From Felis catus (Eukaryota), in assembly GCF_018350175.1 (NCBI RefSeq), contig NC_058383.1, forward strand, positions 30,072,001-30,136,000: 64,000 nt of DNA, in the 5' to 3' direction. Below the pieces are notes generated by a model. That model saw nothing but the letters and a program-made list of their open reading frames with translations. It did not search any database and was not told where the DNA came from. This document shows, piece by piece, positions 48,651 through 61,495 of the stretch. How positions within the stretch are numbered: the stretch's first letter is position 1; every line of letters begins with the position of its first letter. Both the position numbers and the translations under genes were made by a program.

Positions 48651-49831
48651 CCTAAGAGGGTCTTCATAGGGAATGGAGGTAACCTGTGCGGGCCTTGCTC
48701 AGTCTTCCAGCTCCAGTGCTATGGGACGTGCATGGCTCTGGAACCACATGGGCATCCCTGCTCCCTGCGTCTGGCTGTGTGCTGTGTGACACGGGGCAAT
48801 TTCCTTAACCTACCTGTGCCTTACTTTCCTTATCTGTAAAATGAAGCCGATAACCGTATCTAACAAGGCTATAGGAAGTGAATAAAGGTAGAGCGCTCAG
48901 GAGAGGAACCGGCCTGTGGACACGTGATAAATTCCCTCCAAACCAGGGGAGATTCTGTGGGCCATTCATGCCTCTGACAGTTTACAGGAGTATTTCCCAA
49001 AGTGCCATCAATTTCTCTAGATCTGGATCCGGCAATATGAAATTTTAGCACCCTCCCAAAGTGCCTGAGAGGCAGGCTTAAATTGGAGACTCACCAGCCT
49101 ACCTGCTAAGGGCGGTTGGTTGAATTGGTCTGGTTCTCTGTAACTTCCTCTCTTTATTTTGTTATCAGATACAAAATGCATCTTTCTTCCTTGGGGTTGA
49201 AAGGAAAGTATCTGCAAGAGAGATCCCCCTTGCTGCTCTGTACAGCTGACATCAGTGCCTACTAGGCTGTGCCCTTAGACACCGGTCTCATTTGGGGTCA
49301 GTGTGATCGGAGAGCCGATTGCCTGCATGAAAAGGATACAGGCAAACTGAGGTGTTAGCCATGGAGTTAGGATTGTGGGAATACGTTTTTCAATTGCCAT
49401 CAGATTGCAAAAGCATTGTGGGGACCCTGGAAACAACTATCTCCCTTATTTGAAATGATGTCGCAGGGAGGGCACAGGAAGCTGTGGCTGAACTTCTGCT
49501 AGACTCAGTGGGTGGTCCCTGGATGTGGCCCCTATACTCATACTGGGTCCTTCCCCCCCCCCACACACACCAAAAAAAAATAGTGATTTTATATTATGAT
49601 GATTGGGCCCCGTCAAAAAACCAGAAATAGCAAAATGAAAATGACTAAATCAATAAAAAAGTATTTAGTAGGTGTTTATTGTGCATTTAAAGACAGCTTG
49701 TGAGCTGGGAGCTTTCAAATTTTAAACGGATGTGAAGCTCAGGGCCATGACACTACAGAATGGCTTATAACATGAAAATGAGGAAGTTGTTTCACATTGA
49801 CAATGACTGGTTATTACAATGAGAGGTTCCA

Positions 49832-50080
49832 GGGGCAGCTGGGTGGCTCAGTCAGTTGAGCATTCCACTCTTGATTTCGGCTAAGGTCATGATCTCCTGG
49901 TTCATGGCACCGAAAGTCACGCTGTGCACCCACAGTGAGGAACCTGGTTGTCATTCTCTCTCCCTCTCTTCCTGCCCCTCCCCCACTCATACACACGCAC
50001 GCGCACACACACACACACACACACACACTCTCTCTCTCTCTCTCTCTCTCAAAATAAATGATTAAACATTTAAAAAAAAA
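49832..50080 (+). mobile_element. Older CanSINE whose tail/TSD was hit by a younger SINE
   Basis: Head ggggcagctgggtggctcagtc; TSD acaatgagaggttcc (49816-49830) / acactgagagtttcc (50314-50328). Confidence 0.88.
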
Positions 50081-50085
50081 CACTC

Positions 50086-50313
50086 GGGGCGCCTGGGTGG
50101 CACAGTCGGTTAAGCGTCCGACTTCAGCCAGGTCACGATCTCGCGGTCCGTGAGTTCGAGCCCCGCGTCGGGCTCTGGGCTGATGGCTCAGAGCCTGGAG
50201 CCTGTTTCCGATTCTGTGTCTCCCTCTCTCTCTGCCCCTCCCCCATTCATGCTCTGTCTCTCTCTGTCCCAAAAATAAATAAACGTTGAAAAAAAAAATT
50301 AAAAAAAAAAAAA
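50086..50313 (+). mobile_element. Young felid CanSINE (SINEC_Fc-type)
   Basis: CpG-rich, near-consensus ggggcgcctgggtggcacagtcggttaagcgtccgacttcagccaggtcacgatctcgcggtccgtgagttcgagccccgcgtcggg; TSD aaaaaaaaacact. Confidence 0.95.
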
Positions 50314-50449
50314 ACACTGAGAGTTTCCCTATGGGCAGGGGCTTGGTTAAAAGGGATCATCTATTCCCTCACCAGGAGAGATATTGTTCAAGGGTCCAAA
50401 GTTGCAACCAGTAGCTAAATAAATCCTCCAAATCTAACGCACCGCATAA

Positions 50450-50695
50450 TCATTGTTGTAACGATATTGTAATAGTGTCCATAATATTGTAATAGAAACA
50501 TCAAGCTTGCTAAGAGACTAGAACTTAATTGTTCGCCACAAAAAAAAGAAATGATAGTACGTGAGAGGTGTTAGGTACCACATCATTGTCAATCATACTG
50601 CAATATATAAATGTATCAAATCAAAATGTCACACACCTTAAACTTATACAATGTTATACATCAAATATATTTCAGTAAAAAAAAATTTTAAAAAC
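50450..50695 (+). mobile_element. L1 3' end fragment
   Basis: cttgctaagagactagaacttaa...acaccttaaacttatacaatgttatacatcaa followed by an A tail. Confidence 0.7.
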
Positions 50696-50899
50696 CTGAT
50701 TATCTTATACCATTTGTAGAAAGAGGACTTCAGTTTTCTTTTATTGTCAGAGGCATTTACAAGAAATAACCTAAGTTTGGTTTCACTTATGTTCATGAAA
50801 TAAGCTAGATTTAGTTTGGCTTAAATGGTTTTATGTGTTTAGAGCATGCTCTTCATTTTGTATTTAATTTTAACAGCCCTCCAAAGCAAACAAGCCTTT

Positions 50900-51365
50900 G
50901 GTCTCAGTTTGGATTCCCCCAGAAGCAGAGCCAGAGGCAAGGATTTGTTTGAGTGGAAAGAGTTGACTTGGGAGGTAGTGTCTGGAAACACCAGGCTGGG
51001 GAGGGGAGCAGAGGGGAGTGAGTAGGGGAAGGGAAGAAAGCCAATGAATGGGGCATTATCAGGAAAGTTTCTAATGTGTCTCTGTTCTGTGGAGAACTCT
51101 GGGACCCCATATGAACAGGTGCCTCACAATGATTCAACTAGATGGGCCAGGGCGATGGGGCATTTATCTCCTAGTTTCCTATCATTGGTTGAGATTGATC
51201 TAGGAAGCATTTACTTTCTAGCCTGTCTGGTTTACCTCACATGACAGCCAATCTTGCTCTCACGGGCTAAGAAAAGTAACAGATATTCAGAGTTGCAAGT
51301 TTGGGGCGTGTAGAGGTGCGTCTGATACAGTTGGGCAGGTTACCAACAGCGTCTGATACATTGGC
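50900..51365. mobile_element. LTR16-like ERVL LTR
   Basis: ggattcccccagaagcagagccagaggcaaggattt...gggaagggaagaaagccaat. Confidence 0.6.
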
Positions 51366-52035
51366 AAAATGACGGCCCCTGTACTGGGTGCCTTGCAGGT
51401 ATGAAATCACAACGGCCAACGTGGATGGAGCGTTTACTATGCCCGCTGCAGATATCCTCGCTCCTCAGGTGTGGCCTGTGGACCAGCAGGGTCCACATCA
51501 CCCAGATGCTTACATGAGATGCAGGATTTCAGGGCTCATCCCAGGCCTACTGAGTCAGAGGCTGAATTTCAGCCAGATCCCAGGTGATCCAGATGTACAC
51601 AGGCATCCTCCTGATCTGTGCTAGGACACCGGGGCCACACTTGGCTGGCCTGTTGTGTGGCACTGAACAAATGGAGAGCTCCAGTGTCAGGCAAGAAAGC
51701 CACACACCCATGGAAGGAAACGGAAGTAATGGTGCCAAGAGTGACTTGCAAACTGGATCAGGAGGCTGGGGATGAGGACTTGAGTAGGCTCTTCTCAGAG
51801 CACTTGTGAGGCAGCCCTGCAGACTCAGAAATAACCAAGGGAGACCTTGAGGGAGGGTAAAGTCACATGGTTCTTGGCTGGGGATGATAAGCCATTGCAA
51901 CTTAAGTGTTTGTGCTGATTGGACACCATTTGAGGTTAAGCCAGGTGAAGCCTGGGCCATTTAGGATATATCCGTGCATGTTTCCACCTAGATTGGGTGC
52001 CGCTGGAAGGAAGGACCCAGGTCTTGTATAACTTT

Positions 52036-52276
52036 ATTTAATTTAAAAAAATGGTAATGTTTATTTATTTTTGAGAGAGAGGGAGAGAGAGAGAGAAAGA
52101 GACAGAGCACAAGCAGGGGAGGGGCAGAGAGAGAGGGGGAGACACAGAATCCCAAGCAGGCTCCAGGCTCTGAGCTGTCAGCACAGAGCCTGACACGGGG
52201 CTCGAACTCAGGAACTGCGAGATCATGACCTGAGCCGAAGTCAGATGCTTAACCAACTGAGCCACCCAGCTGCCCC
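52036..52276 (-). mobile_element. CanSINE with perfect 12-bp TSD
   Basis: TSD ttgtataacttt at 52024-52035 and 52277-52288. Confidence 0.95.
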
Positions 52277-53464
52277 TTGTATAACTTTGTATTACCAGCA
52301 CCTGGTACACAAAATTCATGCTCCACTGATGATGCTTGCTGAATGGCTCAGTGGACTCCATTCATTTATTTAACAAATAATTAGTGGATGTCTATTACAG
52401 CCCAGGCACTGGGTGAGAGCTGAGTTGTTAACATTGGTGTATCAACCAAGTTGGTGGCTGCCCTTGTGAGTGTGTCATCTTGCAGGGGGTGGACAGGCAT
52501 GTAAAATTAATATATAATTGCAATTTATGAAAAGTGTTATATAGGGTATGTAGGGACAGGGATTAATGGGGAGGGGGTAGGCCCTCAGGGTACCAGGAAA
52601 ACCCCTCTGACGACTGACGTCCAAGCCAAGAACTGAAGAACGAGAGGGACTGAGCCATAGGAAAGTGGATGAGCTTTTTAAGCAGACATCACAGCCTGCA
52701 CAAAGGCCCTGAGAAAAGAATGAATGGAGTCGTTATGTGATTTATAAGAAATATAACTCACACTGTAGAATTTCTGCTCGCTAAACAACCACACTAGTTA
52801 GGTAACCTAAAACCTGAAAGAGGAGGTAAGTCAAGTCTGTCTGGGACAAACCAGACTATCCTGTGAGTCCTTGGTAGTGACTTAGTTTGTGCTCCCAGTG
52901 AGAGGGGAGTCACCCGCTTGGCAAATCCAGGCAAATCCAAAATCCAGTTTGGGATTTTGAGACGTTAGCAACTGTCTTATAAAGGTTTCTAATTCATTAC
53001 ATTTTCCCCCACTGTTGATCACGGAAGATGAAAAGTATGAGTCATGCAATTTAGGATGTGTCATAGTGTTACATTTCAGGGCCAAGTTCCAAAAGAAAGG
53101 AATATTTTTTTCTCTGAATATAATGGAAAAGTTCTAGCTCTGCTGTTACTATTTATGTGACCCTGAACATGTTGCCTAAACTTCTCACATCTGGTTTCTT
53201 CTTCTCTGAAACAGTTACAGTGATGCCCTTGATGTTTATGAGAACTGAGTCAGTTTAAGTGAATAAGGATTTACTGAGCACTTAAGTCAGTCCCTCATTT
53301 GGCAACTATTTGTTACTTCCTTCTCCATAAGTTCCAGGCACCGTATTAGGCTTAGGAGATGTAATAATCAGCAAGACATACATCCTGGCTTCCAAGAGCT
53401 TATGGTCCACTAGGAAAAACAGAGGATTAAAGCGTAGCGGATGTGAATTTAAAACCAAACTATG

Positions 53465-53691
53465 GGGGCGCCTGGGTGGCACAGTCGGTTAAGCGTCTGA
53501 TTTCAGCCAGGTCACGATCTCGCGGTCCGTGAGTTCGAGCCCCACGTCAGGCTCTGGGCTGATGGCTCAGAGCCTGGAGCCTGTTTCCGATTCTGTGTCT
53601 CCCTCTCTCTCTGCCCCTTCCCCGTTCATGCTCTGTCTCTCTCTGTCCCAAAAATAAATAAATGTTGAAAAAAAAATTAAAAAAAAAAAAA
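53465..53691 (+). mobile_element. Young felid CanSINE (SINEC_Fc-type) with perfect 15-bp TSD
   Basis: TSD taaaaccaaactatg at 53450-53464 and 53692-53706; TT/AAAA L1-endonuclease site. Confidence 0.96.
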
Positions 53692-54391
53692 TAAAACCAA
53701 ACTATGAGGATGCAAGAAATCACGAAGATATATCTACTTTCTAGAAATCAAGTTAGGTCTCATTCCCAGCCCCAGTCACATCTGGTTGGCAGATAATTCT
53801 GTCTCGGGCATTATTAGGACTCGCTCCTTTAATGTGGGACTTGGTAACAGACCTTGATTTCAGCCTGGTGAAACTTTGAGCAGGGGACTTAGTCATGTCC
53901 TACCCAGACTCCTGGAAACTAGGAGATGACAAGTTTGTGCTGTCCTAAAGTCACACAATTGGTGGTGATCTGTTGTTCAGCAATAGAAAGTGAATACACA
54001 GGTGTCTCCAACCTTCCTCAGCTCTACCCTGGCTTCCGCCGAGGGCCCTGTTGAGCACGCCTTCATATCTCTGGCTGTTGTTTCCATGATGCCTAAGAAA
54101 CGGGCATTCTTGCTGAGCAGGAGCTCAGACAGGGTGGGGGGGGGCCAACCCTTCTGCAGGGTACTAGAACTTCAAGTCCTTGTGCTGAATACAGATCCCC
54201 ATTGTTCAGCCTTACTCAGAGGGGATCTCTTTTTCTCACAGCCAGACCCCAAAGCCATACTTCCCTCTCACCATTTCCCTTCTGGGATGATACTAGAAAT
54301 GGCTTAGGAGTTCACAAGAGGCAGAAAACACCCAGATTCTGAATTTGCTTTAGAATGACGTGGATACAAAGGGTCGTATAGGCTCTTGGGA

Positions 54392-54394
<3 letters not shown>

Positions 54395-54435
<41 letters not shown>
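54395..54435. repeat. (GT)n microsatellite
   Basis: Direct reading. Confidence 0.95.
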
Positions 54436-54436
<1 letters not shown>

Positions 54437-54816
54437 TGCGGTTGGGATGGGAAGCATGGAAAGTGAAGCATTGCTATCTCTTGTTGACTCTGTCTGGTCC
54501 TGCCACAGCAGTGAAAAGCAAACACCAAGAAACATCTCAGTCTGTTTTCCTACCATGCTAGTGATGGCAATGTACTGTTTCAAGGGCTGTGATGGGAGAA
54601 CCCACCATGTAACAGAAGCACACGGCAGGAGCCTTCAGCGGGTCCTCATGGGTCTTGAAGAGGAGTTAGGTGGTCATGTAGCCAAGAACAAATGAATGAG
54701 AAGGAGCCAGCCAGGGAAAAGGATAAGTGAGCTGGGGGACGTGGGGAGGGAACGTGTTACTGGCTCAAAGTCATGAGAGAACATGGCACATTTGAAACGT
54801 GAAAGAACCAAACACA

Positions 54817-55003
54817 GGGGCACCTGGGTGGCTCAGCTGGTTGAGTGTGTGACTTCAGCTCAGGTTATGATCTCACAACTCATGAGTTTGAGCCCCACAT
54901 TGGGCTTGCTGCTGTGCACACAGGGCCTGCTTTGGATCCTCTGTCCCCACCCCCTCTCTGCACCTCCCCAACTGTGCGCTCTCAAAAATAAAAAAAAAAA
55001 TAA
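54817..55003 (+). mobile_element. CanSINE
   Basis: ggggcacctgggtggctcag head and A tail. Confidence 0.9.
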
Positions 55004-56114
55004 AAGAAGCAAGCCTGAAGTGGAGGGAGAAGGGGCTGGGGGCTAGGAGTTAAGGCTGAATAATAAAAGGAAGGGCCAGGCCAGGCAAAGCCATGACAAC
55101 CCAATTAAAGAATTAACATGATTCTTGTATCGGTCAGCTTTAGGACCATAGTAACTCTGCATAACAAAGACCTCCCAAACTCACTGGACTATAAAAACAA
55201 GCGCTTATGTTTTGCTTATGGGTCTCTGTAGAGGCTGTGACGCTTGTGGCCTTGGCGGGGATCAGCTAGATTTGGATCTAGGCTGGGCGTTGGGTCTGTT
55301 CCACCTGCCTCCTCATTCTCTTTGGGCCAACGGCTACACGGGGCAGGTTTTTCTCATGGCAGATGGCAGGTTTGCAAGAAGGCGAGAAGAAACACGTCAT
55401 GTTTCTTAAGGTCTCAGCTGGGAACTGGCACAATGACAGTTCCACTCAGGTTCCATTGGCCAAGGCAAGTCACAGGGCCAACCCAACATCACTGAGGCAG
55501 GGAAGGTCACTTTGCCCACAGTGGGAGACACTGCAGAGACCCATGGCAAAGAGCATGAATGTACAGTTTCTAATTCAGGGAGTGAGGAACATAGTGGGAA
55601 TAATAACCCACCTGTCACAGCATCCATGGATAACAGACACGTATGCCAGGGTTTTAGAGAAAGCCGTGAATAAATGACCAGAAACACTGTGCTAACAAGA
55701 GCTAGGCTCAGACAGCCCCCCGCACGAGTCCTGAGGGGTACAGCACCATCCATGTTTCTTGGTCACACTTGGTCACCTGAGCCCCAAAGCCAGACTGTCT
55801 GTTCCTAGAGAGTCACACAGTCTTTCATAAACTTCTGTGCTTTCCTTCAACCTTGGTCCTTTAGAGGACTAAAAGCTTAACCGACAAGACTGGAATATTT
55901 TATTTGGCTGCCCAACACGATCCCCTTCCACCATCATCTCCTGCCCCAAATCCCTCCCTACAAAGGACCCAAACAATATTGATAAATGGAAAAATCCATA
56001 GCATCATTGAGAAACCAAAAGGGAGTGGCCAGGGACCAGAATCTATGAGAAATTCCTGTGAGAAGGTAGATGACATCTGACTGAAGGAGGTCAAGTGGGT
56101 GGGAGGTTTGGGGA

Positions 56115-56275
56115 GAGGACCAGATACACAATTTGCAGGGACGAGTATAAAAAGAAAAGGCTGGGCCTTTGTTCAAAAATTACTAAAAATTTCAAGATGG
56201 CAACACAAGAGACAAGCATGGGAGTCTCCTAAGAGTGGGGTCCATGTGTCACATGCCCAAGAAGCCAGCCCCACT
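56115..56275. mobile_element. MER45-like hAT-Tip100 element
   Basis: tacacaatttgcaggg...gttcaaaaattactaaaaatttcaagatggca...gaagccagcccc. Confidence 0.55.
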
Positions 56276-56456
56276 TGGGGCATTTCAGTCCCTCTCACAG
56301 TGGATGCAGTGAGCAGGAGGGGGTCGGGAGTGACCATTATGAGGATTGGTTTGGAACCAGGTTTGGAACTGGGGCAGCTGCTTGTTTCAGGGCCCTTCCT
56401 CTCCCAACCCTGAAACCTCCATCAATTCCAGGCACAGTATTGATTCTCCTAGGCTG

Positions 56457-56897
56457 GGGTTCTGTGCTAGTTTGCTAAAGGCTGCTGCAATGATCAACCA
56501 CCAATGGAAACTGACTGTGTCACAGTTCTGAGAACTGAGATCCAGGTGTCTCCAGGGCTGGTTCCTTCTGAGGCTGGGAGGGAGAATCTGTTCCATGCCC
56601 CTCCCCTGGTTTCTGGTGATTTGTTGGCCATCTCTGGTCCTTGGCCTGTGGAACAGGATCCAGTCTCTACCTTCACCCTCCCAAGGCATTCTCCCTGTGT
56701 GTGGGTCTCTGTGTCCAAATTTCCACTTTTTATAAGACACAACTTCTATCAGATGAGGGGCCCACCCTACTCCAGCATGACCACATCTTAACTAACTACA
56801 TCCACAATAACCGTATTCCCAGATAAGGTCACATTCTAAAACAGTGGGGGTTAGGACTCCAACATGGGAATTTGAGATGGAAACAGCTCAACCCACA
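56457..56897 (-). mobile_element. MLT1C-like MaLR LTR
   Basis: ctagtttgctaaggctgctgcaa...cacagttctgaga...gggagaatctgttccatgcc...aaggtcacattct...ggggttaggactccaaca. Confidence 0.8.
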
Positions 56898-58605
56898 ACA
56901 GGTGTATTGTGGGTGCTTGGGCCAGAGGTGCAGGGTCATGCCCTGACATAGACCTTTTCCCTCCCAGGAGCGTGGTATTAGGAAAGCTGCACCCATCACC
57001 TGGCAGGCCACTCCTTCAATCCCCACCGACCTCCAATCACAGCAGATGTCCATAAACAGACACCAGCACACCAGGACCATCAAACACTTGGGGCAAACCA
57101 AATGTCAGGGAACGAGAGTTGCTTCCGAAGAACATCATTTGACTAAGCTGCGTCATTTATCCAAAACAGATGGCCTTTTTATACTCCTCTGACAGTCCCT
57201 GAGTTGTTCCCTTAATTACCCAACAGGTGCAGTCATTTCTTGAGCCACCTTAGCTGCAGTCAGATTGCAGAGCTCTAAAACATTGTGACTTGGCTCACGG
57301 GGTTATCCAAGACCCGAGGTTGTCACTGTAGATACACATTGGAGTGATCTGGGGAGCTCTGAAAAAAAAATACTCATTGCCTGAGTCCCACCATTTAATT
57401 GGGCTGGGGTGCAGTGTGGGCAATGAGATTTCACTTTTTAAAGCTCTCAGGTGATTACAGTGTGCAGCTAAGGTAGAGAACCACTGGCTTGGAACTCTTT
57501 CAGAACCCAGCCATCTGCGTAGCTGTAATGATGCATATTGATTACAGATGGCAGTGGCATTGAGTTTGTTGAGGGCTGGGTTTTTTTGTTGTTGTTGTTT
57601 GTTGCTTCCAAATGAAATGCTTCAGTATCTCTATACTTTAACTCTGAAGCGCCGTGTGCTCTATTTTCTTTTCTTGAACTTAACTTTGTTCAGCTGCTAA
57701 GGGGCCACATCTTTGCCCTATGGAGCTTTACTTTTGCTTACAGAGGCAGGGACTCAGCTGGAAACTGAGGCCTGTGGCAGCACAGTGAATTGTACTAAGC
57801 TGAATTCGACAGGTAATAGGCTTGCATTTAACGCAATTTATTATAAGGAGCAACAGATCATCTGTTTTCCAAGGATGCAGGTTGATGGAGCTCACTCTAC
57901 TCATGAGGAAACACTGGTATGTGGCTTCAGTGAACCTCAGACAATGTCTCTCCCACTCTCTCCTTTTCTTCCTCTTACTATCTCTCTCACTATCTCTCTA
58001 CTGTCTTATCTCTTTCTCCTCCTTTTTTTTCCAGTTTTTTTTAGAGAGAGAGAGAGAGAGGGAGAGAGAGTCCCAAGCAGGCTTTGCACTGTCAACGCAG
58101 AGCCTGACATGGGACTCGAACTCATGAACTGCGAGATCATGACATGAGCCATGCAGGTGCCTGTCTTTCTCTTATGTTCTACCTCATGTTGTCTCCCTCT
58201 TTCTCCTTCTCGCCTCAAACTTCTTGCTCTCACAAGTTGTCATGGTCAAGGTGCATACACCTCAGTCTTCTGAGATGACTCATGTTGCCTCTTGCAGAAG
58301 ACTCGAGGAGAAACCACACAACCAAGAGAGCTAAGTGAAGTCTTTGTCCTTGTTTCCCTCACCCATGATGTCCTCTCTCTAAATCTGCTGTGTCACTCTG
58401 TTTTCTAGTCCCAGAAGCTACTTGGGGAAGCTGGCTAAAGAATGTAGGCAATAATAATAGCAAGTGACTATAACATGTTTATTACATGCCAGGTACCCTT
58501 TCAAGTGTGTTTGACAGATAAAGAAACAGATGCCTAGACACAGAAGGTGATTTCAAGCCCAGCTTGTCTGCTCCAGACTCTGTGCTCTTAAAATTTGACT
58601 TTATA

Positions 58606-58824
58606 GGGGAGCCTGGGTGGCTCAGTCAGTTAAGGGTCTGACTTTGGCTCAGGTCATGATCTCACAGTCCATGAGTTCGAGCTCTGTGTCGAGCTCTGTG
58701 CTGACAGCTCAGGGCCTGGAGCCTGCTTCAGATTCTGTGTCTCCCTCTCTCTCTCCCCCTCCTCCACTCATGCTCTGTCTCTGTCTCTCAAAAATGAATA
58801 AACGTTAAAAAAATTTTTTTTTTT
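58606..58824 (+). mobile_element. CanSINE with 16-bp TSD
   Basis: TSD aaaatttgactttata (58590-58605) / aaaacttgactttata (58825-58840). Confidence 0.94.
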
Positions 58825-59889
58825 AAAACTTGACTTTATATTGCAAGCGTTTCAGAAGGAGGCATTGGGGGAGGAAGAAAGATCACAGTCAGAGAAGGAC
58901 AGATAAAAATAATCAAGTAGAGACAAAAGATGGACATACAAAGGGATGAAAGGAGATGGTCACTAAGATGCAAAGAACTCAAAGACTGAATGGAACTATA
59001 AAAACCACAACAGAACTGAGAGAGGGAGAGAGAGAGGAAGGGAGGGAGGGCGAGAGAGGAAGTGGGAGAGAGAGGGAGGGAGGGAGAGAGAGAGACCCTA
59101 TAAACACACTTCATACTGCTTCTCTGAATTGGGTAAAAGAACTCTATGTCTGGGGCATAATTTCAATGAGAGACTCCCAACTCTGTGAAATGTAGGTCTG
59201 GTTCAGGTGTGATTTGGAGAATATTCTTATGTCATGGTTCACTGGTTTTAGAAAATGCATGCTTACTTCTGGTTCACCTGGTGAACCCATTGAAAAGAGA
59301 GAGAAGGAAAAAATTCCCCTGATTCTAGGCCCTAGAAAAAAAACAAAAGCAAAAACATAACAGTATTTAAGTTCTGTTTAATTCAGCCTTCAGTAAACCA
59401 AAGCAAAGCACTCTGATTTTTTTTCAAGTTTTATCATTTGCTCTTCCCAGTTGGGGATCTTGAAAGACCCCATTGTATCAAGTGCCTAACTCAGAATTGT
59501 CCTGAGAAGTTGGGATAATGAAGTGTGATGGGGGTGCATTTCCCAGATTTGATTTTCCAAGGGCACCCATCCTAGAGAGGCGGGTCAGTCCTTTGGGGTG
59601 AATGGGACTCATCCACAGTTACAGCTGATGGAGATACTGCATTGTGATTTGCACACCAATCCCAGCTTCCTCAGCAAATTCATTTTGCTTCTTTAATTAC
59701 TTAATGCAGTAGGTCTTGTGATGTTAGAGACCTAGGACCTGTCCTTTGTGGTCCATTGGTGGGACTCTGCATCACTGGGAGGACCTGTTTCCCTTCCAAG
59801 TGACGTTGGAAGGCTGCCATTTGCTCATTCGATGCTGTAGTCACTCGGCTGTAAGATGGGGACAATTTAATTCAATAAATGAGCTATGT

Positions 59890-60125
59890 CCTTCAGTAGG
59901 TGAGTAGATAAATGAACTGTGGTACATCCAGATAGTGGAGTATTAGTCAACATTAAAAAGAAATGAGCTACTAAGCCATGGAAAGACACGGAGGAACCTT
60001 AAAAGCAAATGGCTAAATAAAAGAAGCCAATCTGAAAGGGCTACGTACTCTATATGCAAATGCATATACAGGTATATGACGTTCTTTGAATTTTGCTGTG
60101 AACCTAAAACTGCCCTGAAAAGAGT
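59890..60125 (+). mobile_element. L1MB-like 3' fragment
   Basis: tgtccttcagtaggtgagtagataaatgaactgtggtacatcca...aaaagaaatgagcta...gaagccaatctgaaagggctac. Confidence 0.75.
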
Positions 60126-61066
60126 GTATTATTATTATTATTTTTACAAAAGGTCTATGTATTAAAGACTTGATCATCTCACTTATTAGGATGCTATTAG
60201 ATATGAAAATTTTTGTTCCTTCTCTACTTTTCCATCTCCTCTGGATTCGGTCTTATCTCTTGTTCATGAGTGTTGTTCTCTTCAGTCTAAATTCATTCAT
60301 GATGGAATACCTACTGTGTGCCAGGTTTTCCTATTTACAGACACATAAGACTTAGGCTCAGACTGGCTACCATTATTCCTGAAGGCCAGAGACTTTGCAC
60401 GTGATAGAGCCAGATTTTTTATATTCTTGGCTTTCTCATGGCTTCCCCATCCTGAGAGTTTGCTAGGGTTTGACAGTCATTCCCATGCGTGTTTCTGTAG
60501 GTTCCTCTTTGACTGCAGGGACTGAACACTCCTCATTCCCCTGCTCCATGCTGCCATTCACAAAGGCCATCCCAGGGACCGGAGATGGAATCCACCAGGA
60601 CCCAGATTTTAACTAATAGGAATTGGCTTGCATTGAACAGAGCTCCCCAGGTTGGAATGGGCTGCCACAGCAGTCTTGACTTCCCCATCACCACAGATAT
60701 TCAAGCAGGCAATGGACAGGCAGAAAGGCCAAATATTCTTAAACTGGGGTTCACAGTGGGCTCTGGGGAGTCTAAAATTGCCACATTTCTCAATATGGAG
60801 ATAGATGGATACCATTTGGATTGGAGATTTTCACCAGGTTTTCAAAATTGAATTTGACCTAATGATGAAGAACTCTTAAGACCAAGGGTGGACATAAGAA
60901 AGCTATGTCCCAAACTTGACCACCTAAAAGTCTCCTGTTGGGTCGTTTTCATGAGAGAAAATGAGTCATCAGGGGTAATACCTATGAAGGCATCAGCTGA
61001 AAGATTTGGGTCTTCTCCTGCACTCCAACATGGGACTCAGGGTTTTCCTGAGGTCAGTGAATTAGT

Positions 61067-61495
61067 TGCCTAGAGTTGCTGTTAACAAAGTGCCATCATC
61101 AGGCGGCATGGAACAAAAGAATTTCATTCTCTCACAGTTCTAGAGACTAGATGTCCAAACTCAAGGTGTTGACAGGGCCATGCTTCCTCTGAAGACTCTA
61201 GGGAAGAATCTCCACCCTCCCCCGCCTTGTCTCTTCTAGTTTCTGGCAGCCCCAGGCATTCCTTGGCTTGCGGCCACATCACTCTTTTGCCACTTGGCAT
61301 TCTGTCTCCGTGTCCACATTTTCCTCTTCTTACGAAGACACCATTCTTTCTGGATTAGGGGCCAGCCTATTCCAATATGACCTCAACTTACTAATGACAT
61401 CTACAAGGACCCTATTTCCAACTAAGGTCACATTCTGAGGTCCTGGAGGCCAGAACCTCAACTTACCTCCTTTAATGAATACAATTCAACCCACA
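61067..61495 (-). mobile_element. MLT1C-like MaLR LTR
   Basis: tctctcacagttctagagactagatgtccaaactcaaggtgttgacagggccatg...aaggtcacattctgagg. Confidence 0.8.

Noticed and set aside
50086..50170. tRNA gene (A/B boxes) in SINE heads
   Set aside because: tRNA-derived CanSINE heads followed by a CT tract, poly(A) and TSDs.
49814..50317. 167-aa minus-strand ORF
   Set aside because: Antisense read-through of two tandem CanSINEs.
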